Assembly: GCA_963716745.1 (NCBI GenBank)
Contig: OY970320.1
Coordinates: 1,152,001-1,216,000, forward strand
DNA: 64,000 nt
Reading direction: 5' to 3'
Source of the DNA: an uncultured Gemmatimonadaceae bacterium
Lineage (GTDB): Bacteria; Gemmatimonadota; Gemmatimonadetes; Gemmatimonadales; Gemmatimonadaceae
A program made the translations under genes and the position numbers. Shown here in pieces: positions 1 to 11,431 of the stretch; position 1 is the first letter of the stretch; every line of letters begins with the position of its first letter. The notes below the pieces were generated by a model. The model saw only the letters and a program-made list of their open reading frames with translations. It was not told the DNA's origin and made no database searches.

Positions 1-1591
1 GGAGCGCCGCGCGCGTGCGATCGCGCTGCCGCGCCCAGCTGCGGCCGCCGAGCTTGTGGAGGCGCGGGGGCGGCGTGTCGTCGCCGGTGTCGCGCGCGGC
101 GCGGTAGCGCTCGATCTGATCGATGCGATAGAGCGGCACGTTGAGCCGGTCGCCGCCTTCGTACTCGATGACCGCGGCCTCGATGGTGCTCTCGCCCACG
201 AAGATGCGCTCGATGCCGCGGAAGATGCCCACGCCGTGCTCGAGGTGCACCACGTAGTCGCCAGCCAGCAGCGCGGTGACGTTCACCGCGCCGGCCGCGC
301 CGCTCGCGTAACGCCGCGCGCGCCGGATGCGGCGTTCGCGCCGGAAGATCTCGTGGTCGGTGAGCACGCGCAGTCCTGCGTGACCGCCGCCGGGCGGGAT
401 CACGAAGCCGCCGTCGAGCACGCCGACGGCGAGCGCCGCGCTCGACGGACGCGCCGCGCTCTCGCTCAACAATTCATCGAGGCGCTCCGCCTGCCCCGCG
501 TTGTCGCACAGGATGATCGTGGGCATGCCATCGTCCACGAGACGGCGCAGGCGCTTGATGTCGCGCTCCACCGGCTCGGGCGCGCGCAGCGGGAACAGGA
601 ATTGCGCGGGCGGCGCCTCGGGATCGGCGCCGCGCTCCACGATCGCGATCGTCCCGAACGCCGCGAGGTCGCCGAGTGCGTCGGACGGCGAACGGAACAG
701 CTCGTCGCGGTCCGGCGTGTCCTCGCCGCGGCGGCGCGCGAGCTCCGCATGGTGCTGCGCTTCGTCCCACGCGCGGCGCATCTCGGGCTCGAGATGCGCG
801 TGCGATGGGAGAATGAGCAGCGCGTCGGGCGGGAGTAGGTCGGTGAGCGCGCCGCGCTCGCCGGCGGCGGGCGTTTCGCCATCCTCGCTTTCCTCGCGCG
901 CCGGCGCCTCCACCGGCAGGACCACCGCGCGATCGGCATCGCGCGTGGAGAGTTGCGTCGCGATGTCGAAGTGGCGCAGCGACGCGATCTCGTCGCCGAA
1001 GAATTCCAGGCGCACGGGCTCGGCCATCCCGAAACTGTAGATGTCCACGATCCCGCCGCGCACCGAGAATTGCGCGACTTCGTCGACGAGCGGCACCTGC
1101 TCGAATCCCACCGCGCGCAGATGCGCCGCGAGCGACTCGAGCCGGTGCGCGCCGCCTACTTTCAGCTCGAGGCGTGCGGTACGCACCACGCTCGGCAGCC
1201 GCGTGCGCTCGAGCACGGCGCGCGCGGTGGTGACGAGCATGCGCGCCTCGCCGCGCGCGAGGCGTTCGAGGGTCTCCACGCGCTCGCCCGCGACCTCGAG
1301 ATGCGGCTCGATCTCGCCGAACCCTTCGCGCGGCGGATACAGCGCCGCGCCGCCCGCACCGAGCAACGCATCGAGATCCGCGAGCCATCGCTCCGCCTCG
1401 GCGATCGTCGCGGTGACCACGACGAGCACGCGCCCCGACCCCGCGCCGCGTGCGAGCGCGGCGGCGAGCGCCGCATCGCTGGAGCCGGGCAGCCCGCCGG
1501 CGGTGACGCGCGCGCGCGGCGCGGGCAGCGCGGCAGCGAGGCGCGTGAACACCGGCAGCGCGTCCATCGCGTCGAGCAGCGCGGTGAGCAC
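1..1591 (-). CDS. mfd: Transcription-repair coupling factor, N-terminal part (runs off left edge)
   Basis: Manual translation from GTG at 1591: FSVRGGIVDIYS, RLEFFGDEIASLRHFD, GDYVVHLEHGVGIFRG, YEGGDRLNVP (UvrB-homology and RID/CarD-like motifs). Confidence 0.95.
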   Translation of the reverse strand, partial: MLTALLDAMDALPVFTRLAAALPAPRARVTAGGLPGSSDAALAAALARGAGSGRVLVVVTATIAEAERWLADLDALLGAGGAALYPPREGFGEIEPHLEVAGERVETLERLARGEARMLVTTARAVLERTRLPSVVRTARLELKVGGAHRLESLAAHLRAVGFEQVPLVDEVAQFSVRGGIVDIYSFGMAEPVRLEFFGDEIASLRHFDIATQLSTRDADRAVVLPVEAPAREESEDGETPAAGERGALTDLLPPDALLILPSHAHLEPEMRRAWDEAQHHAELARRRGEDTPDRDELFRSPSDALGDLAAFGTIAIVERGADPEAPPAQFLFPLRAPEPVERDIKRLRRLVDDGMPTIILCDNAGQAERLDELLSESAARPSSAALAVGVLDGGFVIPPGGGHAGLRVLTDHEIFRRERRIRRARRYASGAAGAVNVTALLAGDYVVHLEHGVGIFRGIERIFVGESTIEAAVIEYEGGDRLNVPLYRIDQIERYRAARDTGDDTPPPRLHKLGGRSWARQRDRTRAAL

Positions 1592-3409
1592 TAGCGCTCC
1601 ACCGGACGCCGGTCGGCCGCGGTGAGTGCGCCCTCCACGAGCAGCAATGCGAGCGCGACGCCCAGCAGCCAGCCGCCGATCGCGCGGCGCGGCGCGCCGC
1701 TGAAGGCCGCGGCCGCGAACGCGGCGCTGTCGGTCATGACGCTCACCGCGCGCGCGTGCAGCCGCGACGAGATCGCCGCCGAATCGAGGCGCGCGAGATC
1801 GCTCTCGCCCGGCTCCGCATCCACGACGAGCGCGCCGGCGCGCGCACCGGAGCGAACGAACCAGTACACGCCCGGTTCACCCGGTACGTCGAGCGTGTCG
1901 CCATCGATCGGCGCGCGCGTTCCGGAAGGCGATTCCAACTCGCCGGCGTTCGCTGGACGCGCCACTCGCGACAGCGGCGCCGCGGTGACCACGCGCCCTT
2001 CGGCGCCGAGGTCCTGCGACAGCGCGTCCGCGATCCACGGCACGAAGGCCGCGCGCACAGGGAAGTCCGTCGCGTCAGGAACGAGCGGGCTCGCGACGAG
2101 CACGTAGCCGGGCCCGCGCACGATCCACGGCTCACCAGCGGCGATCGAGATGGTATCGGCCGGCGCCGGCGCGGTGCCGCTCGCGCGCATCAGTGCGTAG
2201 CGAAGCTGCACCGTCACGCCGGCGGGAGCGCTCGCGCTCGCCGCGCCACGCTGGATGGCGCCGAAACGCCACGGGACGCCGAGCCGTTCCAGTGCGCGAT
2301 TCGCGGCGCCAATGCGCACGGGATCCGCGGGCGCGGTGAGCAGCGCGGGCAGCGACGGCGCCGCATCGGCCGACGCGATCGTGATCGCGCTGCCGGCCGA
2401 GACGCGTCCGGCCTGCTCGAGCGCCTCGACCGCGGTGCGCGCGAACATGCCCGCCGACGGATCGACGTGCACGCTCGGCGGCGCGCCGATCCACGCGGCG
2501 AAATTGCGCACGTCGTCGCCGCGCAATTCGTCGGGCTCGAGTTCGACGCGCCCCGCGACCCATCCGCGCTCCGCCGGCGAAGCGCGCACGAAGATCTCGC
2601 CATCGGGGCCGGCGATGCCGCGCGCGAGCGTGCGCGTGCCGAGTTCGATGCGATACGTCACCGAGTCGCTGGCGCGCACGCGCGCGTGCACGGCGCCGCG
2701 CGGCGTCCAGCGCACCGGCTCGGCGGCCGCCATCAGCACCGCGTGATCGGCGGGCGGGCCGCCAGCCGGGCGGTACACGCGAGACGCGCACGTCGCCGAG
2801 CGAGAGCGGCGTGCTCCACGCGCTGGCCTGGGCGTCGGTGACGATCACGAGTTCACGGTCGGGGAGCGGGCTGGCGAGCACGACCGCCGCCGCGTGCCGT
2901 GCGGCGTCTTCGAGGCGCCCGGCGCCCGCGAGCGGCGCGGCCTGCGCGATGCGCGCACGCACGGCGCCGCGATCTCCGCCGTTCACCGTGCCGTCGGCGG
3001 TGATGAGCCAGAGCCGGTCGTCGCCGGAGGCGCGCGACGCGACCGCCATCGCGCGCGACTTGAGATCGTCGAGCACCGCACGACCGTTCACGACCGCGGT
3101 GGTGCTCAGCGAGTTGTCGAGCACGATCGCGATGGCGGTGGGCGCGTGCATGAGGCCCGCGCCCGCGATGCGCGCCATGGGGCGCGCCGCCGCGAGCGCG
3201 AGCAGCAACACCGCGGCCACGCGCAGCAGCATGAGCAGCAGATTGCGCAGTCTGAGCGAGCGGCTGTGCTCACGTTCGGCGCGCTCGAGCCAGCGCACCG
3301 CCGGGAATTCGAGGCGCGCGCCGGTTCGGCGGCGCATCAAGTGGATCACGAGCGGCACCGCGGCCGCGAGCGCCGCGAGCAGCCACCACGGCGAGAGGAA
3401 CGCGATCAC
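1591..3409 (-). CDS. BatA-domain/vWA membrane protein, frameshift near 2780
   Basis: N-term FLSPWWLLAALAAAVPLVIHL..EFPAV..LRNLLLMLLR; vWA motif VLDNSLS; continues in ORF 1591..2778 ending in a TM helix; GTGA overlap with the DUF58 gene stop. Confidence 0.8.
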
Positions 3410-4311
3410 GGCAGCTGCTGGCGCACGGCGAAGGCGCGGCGGAGCGGCACGCCGAAGGGCGCGTCGGTGCCGATCACGACGTGCGTGGCGCCCGCGCGCG
3501 CGAGCTGCTCGCGCCACTCACCCAACGCCTGTGCCACCGTCTGACGGTACGCCACGCGCACGTCGGCGACGCTCGCGGGCACCGCGCGATCGCTTTCGGG
3601 ATCCACGAAGAGCGCGTCGCCGGCGGGCGCGGCGAGATCTTGCTCGGCCGGATCGAGCACCTGCAGCACGGTGACCTGATGTCCCGCGCGGCGCAGCGCG
3701 CGCACCGGGCCGAGCACTTCCTCCGGTTCGAGCAAGAGATCGGAGATCAGCACGATCAGGCCGCGTCGCGGCACGAGACGCCCGGCCTGCGCGAACGCCG
3801 CGCCCGCGCGCGTCGCTCGCCCGGCGCCCGGATCGTCCAGCGACGCGACGAGGCGCTTCCATTGCCCCACGCGCGCGCGCGGCGCGATCGCGGTGCGCAC
3901 CTCCGCGTCGAAGCGGATGAGCCCCACCGCGTCACGCTGACGCAGCAGCAGCAACGCGAGCGCCGCCGCAAGACGCTCGGCGTACGCGAGCTTCGTGAGG
4001 CGCGAGCGGTCGCCGGTCCACGCCATCGAGCGGCTCACATCGAGGATGATCGTCGCGCGAAGATTGGTCTCCTCTTCGAACTGCTTCACGACCAGCCGGT
4101 CGGAGCGCGCCGCGATCTTCCAGTCGATCGTGCGCGGCTCGTCGCCGGGTTGGTATGGCCGGTGCTCCGCGAACTCGACCGAGAATCCCTTGCGCGGCGA
4201 CCGGTGCAGCCCGCTGAGGAACCCATCCACGATCCAGCGGGCGATGACCTCAATGCGGCCGAGCGCGGCGATACTCGCAGGATCCAGCAGGTCGGCTCGA
4301 GCGGATTCCAT
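3406..4311 (-). CDS. DUF58 family vWA protein (MoxR-associated type)
   Basis: GLHRSPRKGFSVEFAEHRPYQPGD, IDWK, VKQFEEETN, LDVSRSM, LISD. Confidence 0.92.
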   Translation of the reverse strand: MESARADLLDPASIAALGRIEVIARWIVDGFLSGLHRSPRKGFSVEFAEHRPYQPGDEPRTIDWKIAARSDRLVVKQFEEETNLRATIILDVSRSMAWTGDRSRLTKLAYAERLAAALALLLLRQRDAVGLIRFDAEVRTAIAPRARVGQWKRLVASLDDPGAGRATRAGAAFAQAGRLVPRRGLIVLISDLLLEPEEVLGPVRALRRAGHQVTVLQVLDPAEQDLAAPAGDALFVDPESDRAVPASVADVRVAYRQTVAQALGEWREQLARAGATHVVIGTDAPFGVPLRRAFAVRQQLP

Positions 4312-4371
4312 GCGGCGTGTAAGGGGAGCGTTGAAGGTAGACATGCACACGACGGCGGGCAATCATCGCGC

Positions 4372-4753
4372 GTTCGCTCGTCCGCGCCCAGGGGACCGCC
4401 ATACGAGCCGCTCGTTCCGTGACTCGCGCACTGCGCGCGCGAGTCCCTCACTGGGCTCGATGTCGGCCCCCTGGCCGCGTCCTCGCTCTAGCGACTTCTA
4501 CCCCACTCACGCCGTTCAGCCCGCCCCCCTCTCATTGCGGAGCATGCGAGGAGCGCTGACGTCGCCGTTCAAGTCCCGAGAGCGAGGACGCGGCCGCGGG
4601 CTTGAGGCGAGCCCAGTGAGGGACTCGCGCGCGCAGTGCGCGAGTCACGTAACGAGCGGCTCGTCCGAAGGCCCGCGGACGCGGACGAGCGACCGTGCGC
4701 GAGTCACGTAACGAGCGGCTCGTCCGAAGGCCCGCGGACGCGGACGAGCGACC
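4372..4753. repeat. Large nested inverted repeat plus 59-bp tandem duplication
   Basis: 57-bp arms 4403-4459 / 4608-4664 (1 mismatch); inner 17-bp stem 4473-4489 / 4579-4595; direct duplication 4636-4694 = 4695-4753. Confidence 0.9.
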
Positions 4754-4805
4754 CGCGCTATATTTGAACGTCGTCGTATATCGTCTCGCAAACCCGGGAA
4801 ATCGA

Positions 4806-6602
4806 TTGAAGCTCGACCATATCCGCAATTTCTGCATCGTCGCGCATATCGATCACGGGAAGAGCACGCTCGCCGACCGGCTCATCGAGAAGACGGGCAC
4901 GATCCAGAAGCGCGAAATGAAGGCGCAGATGCTCGACACGCTCGACCTCGAGCGCGAGCGCGGCATCACCATCAAGCTCAACGCCGTGCGCATGACGTAC
5001 AACGCGCGCGATGGCCGCGCCTACGAGCTGAATCTCATCGACACGCCGGGCCACGTGGACTTCACCTATGAGGTGTCGCGCTCGCTCGCCGCGTGCGAGG
5101 GCGCCATTCTCGTGGTGGACGCGTCGCAGGGGATCCAGGCGCAAACGCTCTCGAATCTCTTCCTCGCGCTCGACGCGGGACTCGAGATCATCCCGATCCT
5201 CAACAAGATCGATCTGCCCGGCGCCGAACCCGAGCGCCGGAAGCAGGAGCTGCACGATCTCATCGGCGCGAACTCGGACGACATCCTCCTCGTGAGCGCG
5301 AAGGAAGGACTCGGCATCGACGAATTGCTCGAGCGCATCGTGGCGGCCGTGCCGCCGCCGGTGGGCGATCCCGAAGCGCCGCTGCGCGCGCTCATCTTCG
5401 ACTCGTACTACGACCGCTACCGCGGCGCGATCCCGAGCGTGCGCGTGGTGGACGGCGTAGTGCGCCCGGGCATGAAGATCACCTTCGGCGCGAGCGAGTC
5501 GGTGTACGATGTGGCCGAGGTCGGCTTCATGCAGCTGCGGCAGGTGAAGACCGAGGAACTTCGCTGCGGCGAGGTGGGCTACGTGGTGGCCAACGTGCGC
5601 CGCGTACAGGAGACGCGCGTCGGCGACACGGTGTTCGACGCCGAGCGTCACGCCGAGGTCGCGCTCCCCGGCTACCAGGACGTACACAGCATGGTGTTCG
5701 CGGGACTCTACCCCACCGACACCGATCAATACCCCGAGTTGCGCGACGCGCTCGAGAAATTGCAGCTCAACGACGCATCGCTGCAGTACCAGCCCGAAAC
5801 GTCCACCGCCCTGGGCTTCGGATACCGCTGCGGATTCCTCGGCCTGCTGCACATGGAGATCGTACGCGAACGGCTCGAGCGCGAGTTCAACTTGAATCTC
5901 GTCACCACCGTGCCCACGGTGGAGTACCACGTGTACAAGCAGGATGGCACCATGCAGCTGCTCGAGAACCCGTCACTCATGCCGCACGGCTCGGTGGTGG
6001 AGCGCGTCGAGGAGCCGTACGTGAAGGCGCGCATCGTCGCGCCCGCGGATTACATCGGCCCCATCATGACGCTCGGCAACGAACGGCGCGGTGTGTACAA
6101 GAACATGTCGTACGTGGACACGAGCCGCGTCGAATTCGACTGGGAATTCCCGCTCGGCGAGATCATCCTCGATTTCTTCGACAAGCTGAAGACCATCAGC
6201 AAAGGCTATGCGACGCTCGACTACGAGATGCTCGCGTATCGCCGGAGCCAGCTCGTGAAGCTCGACATGCTCATCAACGGCGAGCCGATCGACGCGTTCA
6301 GCGTGATCATCCACCAGGACAAGAGCTACGAGTGGGGGCGCAAGGTGGCCGACAAGCTCAAGGAGCTGATCCCGCGGCAATTGTTCGAGGTGGTGATCCA
6401 GGCGGCGATCGGCCAGAAGGTGATCGCGCGCACCACGGTGAAGGCGCTGCGCAAGAACGTGCTCGCGAAGTGTTACGGCGGCGACGTCTCGCGCAAACGC
6501 AAACTCCTCGAGAAGCAGAAGGAGGGGAAGAAGCGCATGAAGCAGGTGGGCAGCGTGGAGATCCCGCAGGAGGCGTTCCTCGCCGTGCTCCAGGTGGACT
6601 GA
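4806..6602 (+). CDS. lepA: Elongation factor 4 (LepA)
   Basis: [60 protein letters not shown]; probable TTG start. Confidence 0.98.
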   Translation: MKLDHIRNFCIVAHIDHGKSTLADRLIEKTGTIQKREMKAQMLDTLDLERERGITIKLNAVRMTYNARDGRAYELNLIDTPGHVDFTYEVSRSLAACEGAILVVDASQGIQAQTLSNLFLALDAGLEIIPILNKIDLPGAEPERRKQELHDLIGANSDDILLVSAKEGLGIDELLERIVAAVPPPVGDPEAPLRALIFDSYYDRYRGAIPSVRVVDGVVRPGMKITFGASESVYDVAEVGFMQLRQVKTEELRCGEVGYVVANVRRVQETRVGDTVFDAERHAEVALPGYQDVHSMVFAGLYPTDTDQYPELRDALEKLQLNDASLQYQPETSTALGFGYRCGFLGLLHMEIVRERLEREFNLNLVTTVPTVEYHVYKQDGTMQLLENPSLMPHGSVVERVEEPYVKARIVAPADYIGPIMTLGNERRGVYKNMSYVDTSRVEFDWEFPLGEIILDFFDKLKTISKGYATLDYEMLAYRRSQLVKLDMLINGEPIDAFSVIIHQDKSYEWGRKVADKLKELIPRQLFEVVIQAAIGQKVIARTTVKALRKNVLAKCYGGDVSRKRKLLEKQKEGKKRMKQVGSVEIPQEAFLAVLQVD

Positions 6603-6605
6603 GCG

Positions 6606-7698
6606 ATGACCGCGACGCCGACGGCCGAGCTTCCCGCGGTCCAGCGGCAACGCGTGCTCGATCCACCGCTCGCCGTGGAGCAGTTGGTGTTGCAGACGAG
6701 TTTCCTCGGTGACGCGGTGCTCACCACGCCCCTGATCACGGAACTCGCGATGCGCGGCCCCGTGGACGTGCTCACCACGCCGGCGGCCGCGCCCGTGCTC
6801 GCGAACAATCCACACATCCGCGCGATCCACATCTACGACAAGCGCGGAGCGGACGCGGGCGCCACCGGATTGCACCGCGTGGCGCAGCGCCTGCGCGACG
6901 CGATGCGCGGGCGGCTCGCGACGCGCAGCATCGCGTACCTCGCGCAGGGTTCGCTGCGCACGGCGGCACTGGCCGCGCTTGCGGGCTACGATGATCGCGT
7001 GGGATTCGGCGATGCCGCGGGGCGGTTCTTCTATACTATGCGCGTCGAGCGCCGGAACGACCGGCATCACGCCGAGCGATTGTGGCGTTTGGCGTTCCCA
7101 TCGAACCCGAACGTGGAGCCGCCGGAGGGTGCGTTGCGGCCGCGGTTGTATCCCGGCGCCGCGGATCACGCGGCGGTGGACGCGGTGCTGGGCGCGTGGG
7201 CGCACGAGCCCATCATCGCCTTAGCGCCGGGTTCTGTTTGGGGAACCAAGCGCTGGCCCTACTATAGTATGCTCGCTTCACGGCTTTCCAAGCGGCACCG
7301 GCTGGTCGTGGTGGGGGGCCCGGACGACAAGGCGCTGGCCGCGGAGATCCTGGCGGCGGCCGAACCGGACATGGCGCTGGATGCGACCGGAAGGCTCTCG
7401 TTGCTGGCATTCGAGCGAATTGATCCAGCGCGCGCGGCTGCTCGTGACCAACGATTCCTCGCCGCAGCATTTGGCGAGCGCGATGAACACGCCGACGATC
7501 ACGATCTACGGACCCACAGTGCCGGCCTTCGGCTTCGGCCCCCTCGCGCCGCATTCGCTGATCGCCGAGAACAAGGATCTTCCTTGCCGCCCTTGTCACC
7601 ACCACGGCCCGCCGACGTGTCCACTCACGCACTGGAAATGCATGAAGGAATTGCCGGTGGAGCAAGTCGAGCAGATGGCGAATCAACTCCTTCGCTAG
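6606..7698 (+). CDS. Glycosyltransferase family 9 (LPS heptosyltransferase-like), frameshift near 7410
   Basis: QTSFLGDAVLTTP, APGSVWGTKRWP, then VTNDSSPQHLASA and CRPC in the second frame. Confidence 0.88.
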
Positions 7699-7706
7699 AT
7701 TGAACG

Positions 7707-8697
7707 ATGCCTAACACAAAATTCATCGTCGGAGTCGACCTGGGCGGAACCAACATCGTCGTTGGCGCGATGCCCGAAGATGGCAGCCGCGAGATCGCCG
7801 TCCGCTCCGAGCCCACGCACGCGCAACGAGGCGCCGAAGGCGTCGTCGATCGCATCGTCGCGCTCATCGCGCAGACGATGTCGGATGTCTTCGCGAAGGA
7901 GCGGGCGCAAGCGAGCGATTTCCTCGGCATTGGCGTGGGCGCGCCCGGTCCGCTCGACCGCGAGCGCGGCGTCGTGGTGATCGCACCCAACCTCGGATGG
8001 CGCGATTTCCCGCTGCGCGACGCGATCACCGAGAAGATCCGCCTGCCGCGTGACGCTCGACAACGATGCGAATTGCGCGACGCTCGGCGAATGGTGGCGC
8101 GGCGCCGCGCGCGGCGCGAAGAACGTCGTGGGCGTCACCATCGGGACCGGCATCGGCGGCGGCGTGATCATGGACGGCAAGCTCTATCACGGATCGTCCG
8201 ACGTGGCGGGCGAGATCGGGCACACCACCATCGACTCGACGGGGCGCTACTGCCGCTGCGGCAACTATGGTTGCCTCGAGGCGTACGCGAGCGGGCCCGC
8301 GATCGCGCAGCGCGCGCGCGAGGCGCTCGAGCGCAACGAGGCGAGCGCGCTCTGGAAGATGGCGGGCGGCGATGTCACGCAGCTCACCGCCGCCACGGTG
8401 TACGAGGGCGCGAACCAGGGCGATGCGCTCGCGCTCGAGATCGTGCGCGACACCGCGCGCTTCCTCGGCACCGGCATCGCGAATCTCCTGAACATCCTCA
8501 ACCCCGACGTCGTCGTGATCACCGGCGGCGTGACGAAAGCGGGCGAGCGATTGTTCGAGCCGCTGCGCGCCGAAGTGAAGCGCCGCGCCTTCCGCCCCGC
8601 CGTGGCCGCGTGCCGCATCGTGCCCGGCGAACTCGAAGGCAGCGCTGGCATGGTGGGCGCCGTCGCGACGTTCAAACAGCAGCGCGGCTCGCTGTGA
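7707..8697 (+). CDS. ROK family sugar kinase (glucokinase-like), frameshift near 8045
   Basis: GVDLGGT, GAPGPLD, NDAN, GTGIGGG, GEIGH, CRCGNYGCLE. Confidence 0.92.
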
Positions 8698-8698
8698 G

Positions 8699-9670
8699 AT
8701 GAAGCGGCGCCTCGGCGTCATCGGCACCTTCGTCTGGGACACGATCCACGGGCGGAACATCGCGCCGGTTCAAGAGTGGGGCGGCATCACGTATTCGCTC
8801 GCGGCGCTCGACGCTGCACTCGACGACGAGTGGGAGATCGTGCCGCTCATGAAGGTCGGGAGCGATCTCATCGTGCGCGCGCGCGAGTTCACCGCGTCGC
8901 TCCGCCACATCGCGCCGGACGCCGCGCTCATCGAGGTGCCGCAGCCGAACAATCGCGTCGAGATCGTCTATGAGTCGAGCGAGCGGCGCTGCGAGCGCCT
9001 CACCGGCGGCGTGCCGGGCTGGACGTGGCTCGGGCTCAAGCCGCTGCTCAACAACATCGACGCGCTCTACATCAATTTCCTCTCGGGGTGGGAGCTCGAC
9101 CTCGAGACCGCGCAATTGCTGCGCCAGCACTTCAAGGGTCCCATCTACTGCGACCTGCACATGCTCGTGATGGCGGTGCAGCCCGAGGGATGGCGCGCGC
9201 TGCGGCCGCTGCCGAACGTCGCCGAGTGGTGCCGCTGCTTCGACCTGCTGCAGATGAACGACGAAGAGGTGACGGCGGCGGCGCCCGACCCGATGGCGCT
9301 CGCCGCGACGGCGCTCGCGCACGGCGTGCGCTCATTGTTCGTCACGCTCGGCCCGCGAGGCGCGGTGTACTTCGCGGCGCCGGGCTTCGACCGTCTCGCC
9401 GACTTGACACGCGCGCCACGACTCGACCGTGGCGCCGCCGGCAGCGGACCCATCCGCACCGAACGCGTGGACGCGGATGCGCTGCGTCAAGAGGGAGATC
9501 CCACCGGATGCGGCGATGTGTGGGGCGCGACCTGTTTCTCCCGGCTGCTGCACGGTGATAGCTTACGCTCGTCGATCGATGCCGCGCACGCCGCGGCCGC
9601 TCGCAACGTTTCGCATCGCGGCGCCACCGGACTCACCCGTCACTTGCGCGGAGAGATCAGCTCGACATGA
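8699..9670 (+). CDS. PfkB-family carbohydrate kinase-like protein
   Basis: GGITYS, NDEE, VTLGPRGA, DPTGCGDVWGA. Confidence 0.8.
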   Translation: MKRRLGVIGTFVWDTIHGRNIAPVQEWGGITYSLAALDAALDDEWEIVPLMKVGSDLIVRAREFTASLRHIAPDAALIEVPQPNNRVEIVYESSERRCERLTGGVPGWTWLGLKPLLNNIDALYINFLSGWELDLETAQLLRQHFKGPIYCDLHMLVMAVQPEGWRALRPLPNVAEWCRCFDLLQMNDEEVTAAAPDPMALAATALAHGVRSLFVTLGPRGAVYFAAPGFDRLADLTRAPRLDRGAAGSGPIRTERVDADALRQEGDPTGCGDVWGATCFSRLLHGDSLRSSIDAAHAAAARNVSHRGATGLTRHLRGEISST

Positions 9671-10554
9671 CCGCTGTCGTCAACGTCCCGCCCTCGCTTG
9701 ATGACAAGACGTTCGAGCAAGTGCTCGAGCAGATCGCGCCGCTCGCGCCCGACGAGAAGTTCGTGCTAGATGCGCGCCACACCCGCTGGGCCAGTCCGTA
9801 CGGACTCACCGCGTTGCTGACGCTCGCGCAATCGCGCGCCGCGCGCTCCGAGTTCATCCCGCCCGAAGCGGAAGAGACCGCGGGCTACTGGGCGCGCACT
9901 GGATTCTTTCAGCACGCTTCCGAGCTCTACGACTTCGTGGGCAAAGTGCCGCGCGCGCGCGGCGGCGAGAGCAGCGTGCTGCTCGAGATCACGCCGATCG
10001 CGAAGAGCGACGACGTGCACGAGGTGGTGGGCCGCATCCAGCAGAAAGCCACGCAGATCCTCGTGAAGGAACTCAACGTCGATCCCAAGGCGACGATGGG
10101 ATTCGCGATGACGCTGAGCGAAGCGTGCCAGAACATCGTGGAGCACGCGGGGCGCGGCGGCTGGGTGGCGGTGCAGACCTACACGTGGAAGAAGCGGCTG
10201 CAGGGACGCCGCGTCGTGGTGATCGCGGTGTGCGATGCCGGCGTCGGATTCCGGCAGTCGCTCGAGAGCGCGCACGGCCGGCGCCTTGACGAACGGTGGG
10301 GCGATGGCCGCGCGCTCGAGGAAGCGGTGCTCCGCGGCGTTTCCCGGTTCCAGGATCCGGGCCGCGGTCAAGGCCTCGCGGGCGTGCGACGTTACATTGG
10401 AAGGTGGCAGGGGAAGTTGTCCGTTCGTTCCGGAACCGCTAGAATCGCTATCGTGCCTTCCTGGGATGAGGACGTGCCGCTCGAAGAGAAGCTCCCGAAT
10501 TTCCCGGGCGCCCAGATCCAGATCACCATCCCCGAGCACGTGGCGGATCGATGA
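9667..10554 (+). CDS. STAS-like + HATPase_c (anti-sigma kinase-like) protein
   Basis: N-term VLDARHTRWASPYGL; GHKL boxes LSEACQNIVEH, DAGVGF, GRGQGL. Confidence 0.75.
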   Translation: MTAVVNVPPSLDDKTFEQVLEQIAPLAPDEKFVLDARHTRWASPYGLTALLTLAQSRAARSEFIPPEAEETAGYWARTGFFQHASELYDFVGKVPRARGGESSVLLEITPIAKSDDVHEVVGRIQQKATQILVKELNVDPKATMGFAMTLSEACQNIVEHAGRGGWVAVQTYTWKKRLQGRRVVVIAVCDAGVGFRQSLESAHGRRLDERWGDGRALEEAVLRGVSRFQDPGRGQGLAGVRRYIGRWQGKLSVRSGTARIAIVPSWDEDVPLEEKLPNFPGAQIQITIPEHVADR

Positions 10555-11117
10555 TCAATCACATCGACCTCACCGGCGTGCTGCGCCGCACCGTGTGCGA
10601 CCTCTACTCCGATCTCGTCACGCGCCCCACCGGCGCCGCGGTGCGCGATGGCATCGAGAAGCAGCTCGCGGAACTCGGCGACCGCTCGCTCACCGTGATC
10701 GACTTCTCGCACGTGGGCGTGATCGACTACTCCTGCGCCGACGAGATCGTCGCGAAGCTCCTCATGCGCTACGCCGGCCTCGATGATGCCGCACCGCCGC
10801 CCCGCGATGCGTACTTCGTGTTCCGCGGCGTGCGCGACGAGCACTACGATGCGATCGAAGCGGTGCTCGAGCGCCACGGCCTCGCGATCGTCGCGGAAGT
10901 CGATGGCGGCGACGTGATCCTCATCGGCATCGTCGCCGAAGAAGAGCGCATGGCGTGGGACACGCTCTGCCGCCGCGGCCGGCTCACCGCGCACGAGCTC
11001 GCCTGCGAAGTGGGACTCGCCGGCTTCGACGCCGAGCGCGTGCTCGACCGCCTCTTCCGCCGCCGCCTCGCCATGCGTCTCGAACAGAGTTATGTCGCCG
11101 TGGGAGCGGCGCAGTGA
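10551..11117 (+). CDS. STAS-like (DUF4325-type) protein with possible C-terminal wHTH
   Basis: LVTRPTGAAVR, VIDFSHVGVIDYSCADEIV; ATGA coupling to the upstream gene. Confidence 0.6.
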   Translation: MINHIDLTGVLRRTVCDLYSDLVTRPTGAAVRDGIEKQLAELGDRSLTVIDFSHVGVIDYSCADEIVAKLLMRYAGLDDAAPPPRDAYFVFRGVRDEHYDAIEAVLERHGLAIVAEVDGGDVILIGIVAEEERMAWDTLCRRGRLTAHELACEVGLAGFDAERVLDRLFRRRLAMRLEQSYVAVGAAQ

Positions 11118-11419
11118 ACGAGACGTTCAATCCGCCGCTCCGGGTCATTGATTTCATCGCCACCCGACCCACGGACCTCGAGCGCGGTACGAAGGTATGG
11201 ATGTGCGCGGAGGACGCGCGGCTCCGAATCCTCACGGAGGGGGAACTCGTCTGGGTGTATGGACCTCGTCGTCACGAACTCGCCACGCTGGCGATCGACG
11301 ACGCGATCCCGCGGGGTCACGTGGTGCTGCGTGACATCGCCGGCACACTGCCGTCCGAAGTAGTGACGATCGTGAAACCGAACACCGACGCCCGCACCGG
11401 GCGCGGTCGCAACGTCTGA
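11114..11419 (+). CDS. Small stand-alone double-psi beta-barrel-like (molybdopterin dinucleotide-binding-like) protein
   Basis: VWMCAEDARLRILTEGELVWVYGPR..AIDDAIPRGHVVL; GTGA overlap. Confidence 0.55.
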   Translation: MNETFNPPLRVIDFIATRPTDLERGTKVWMCAEDARLRILTEGELVWVYGPRRHELATLAIDDAIPRGHVVLRDIAGTLPSEVVTIVKPNTDARTGRGRNV

Positions 11420-11431
11420 GCCGCGAGCCTC

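Noticed and set aside
4636..4753. Possible CRISPR or mini array
   Set aside because: Two adjacent identical 59-bp units without spacers; no cas genes in the window
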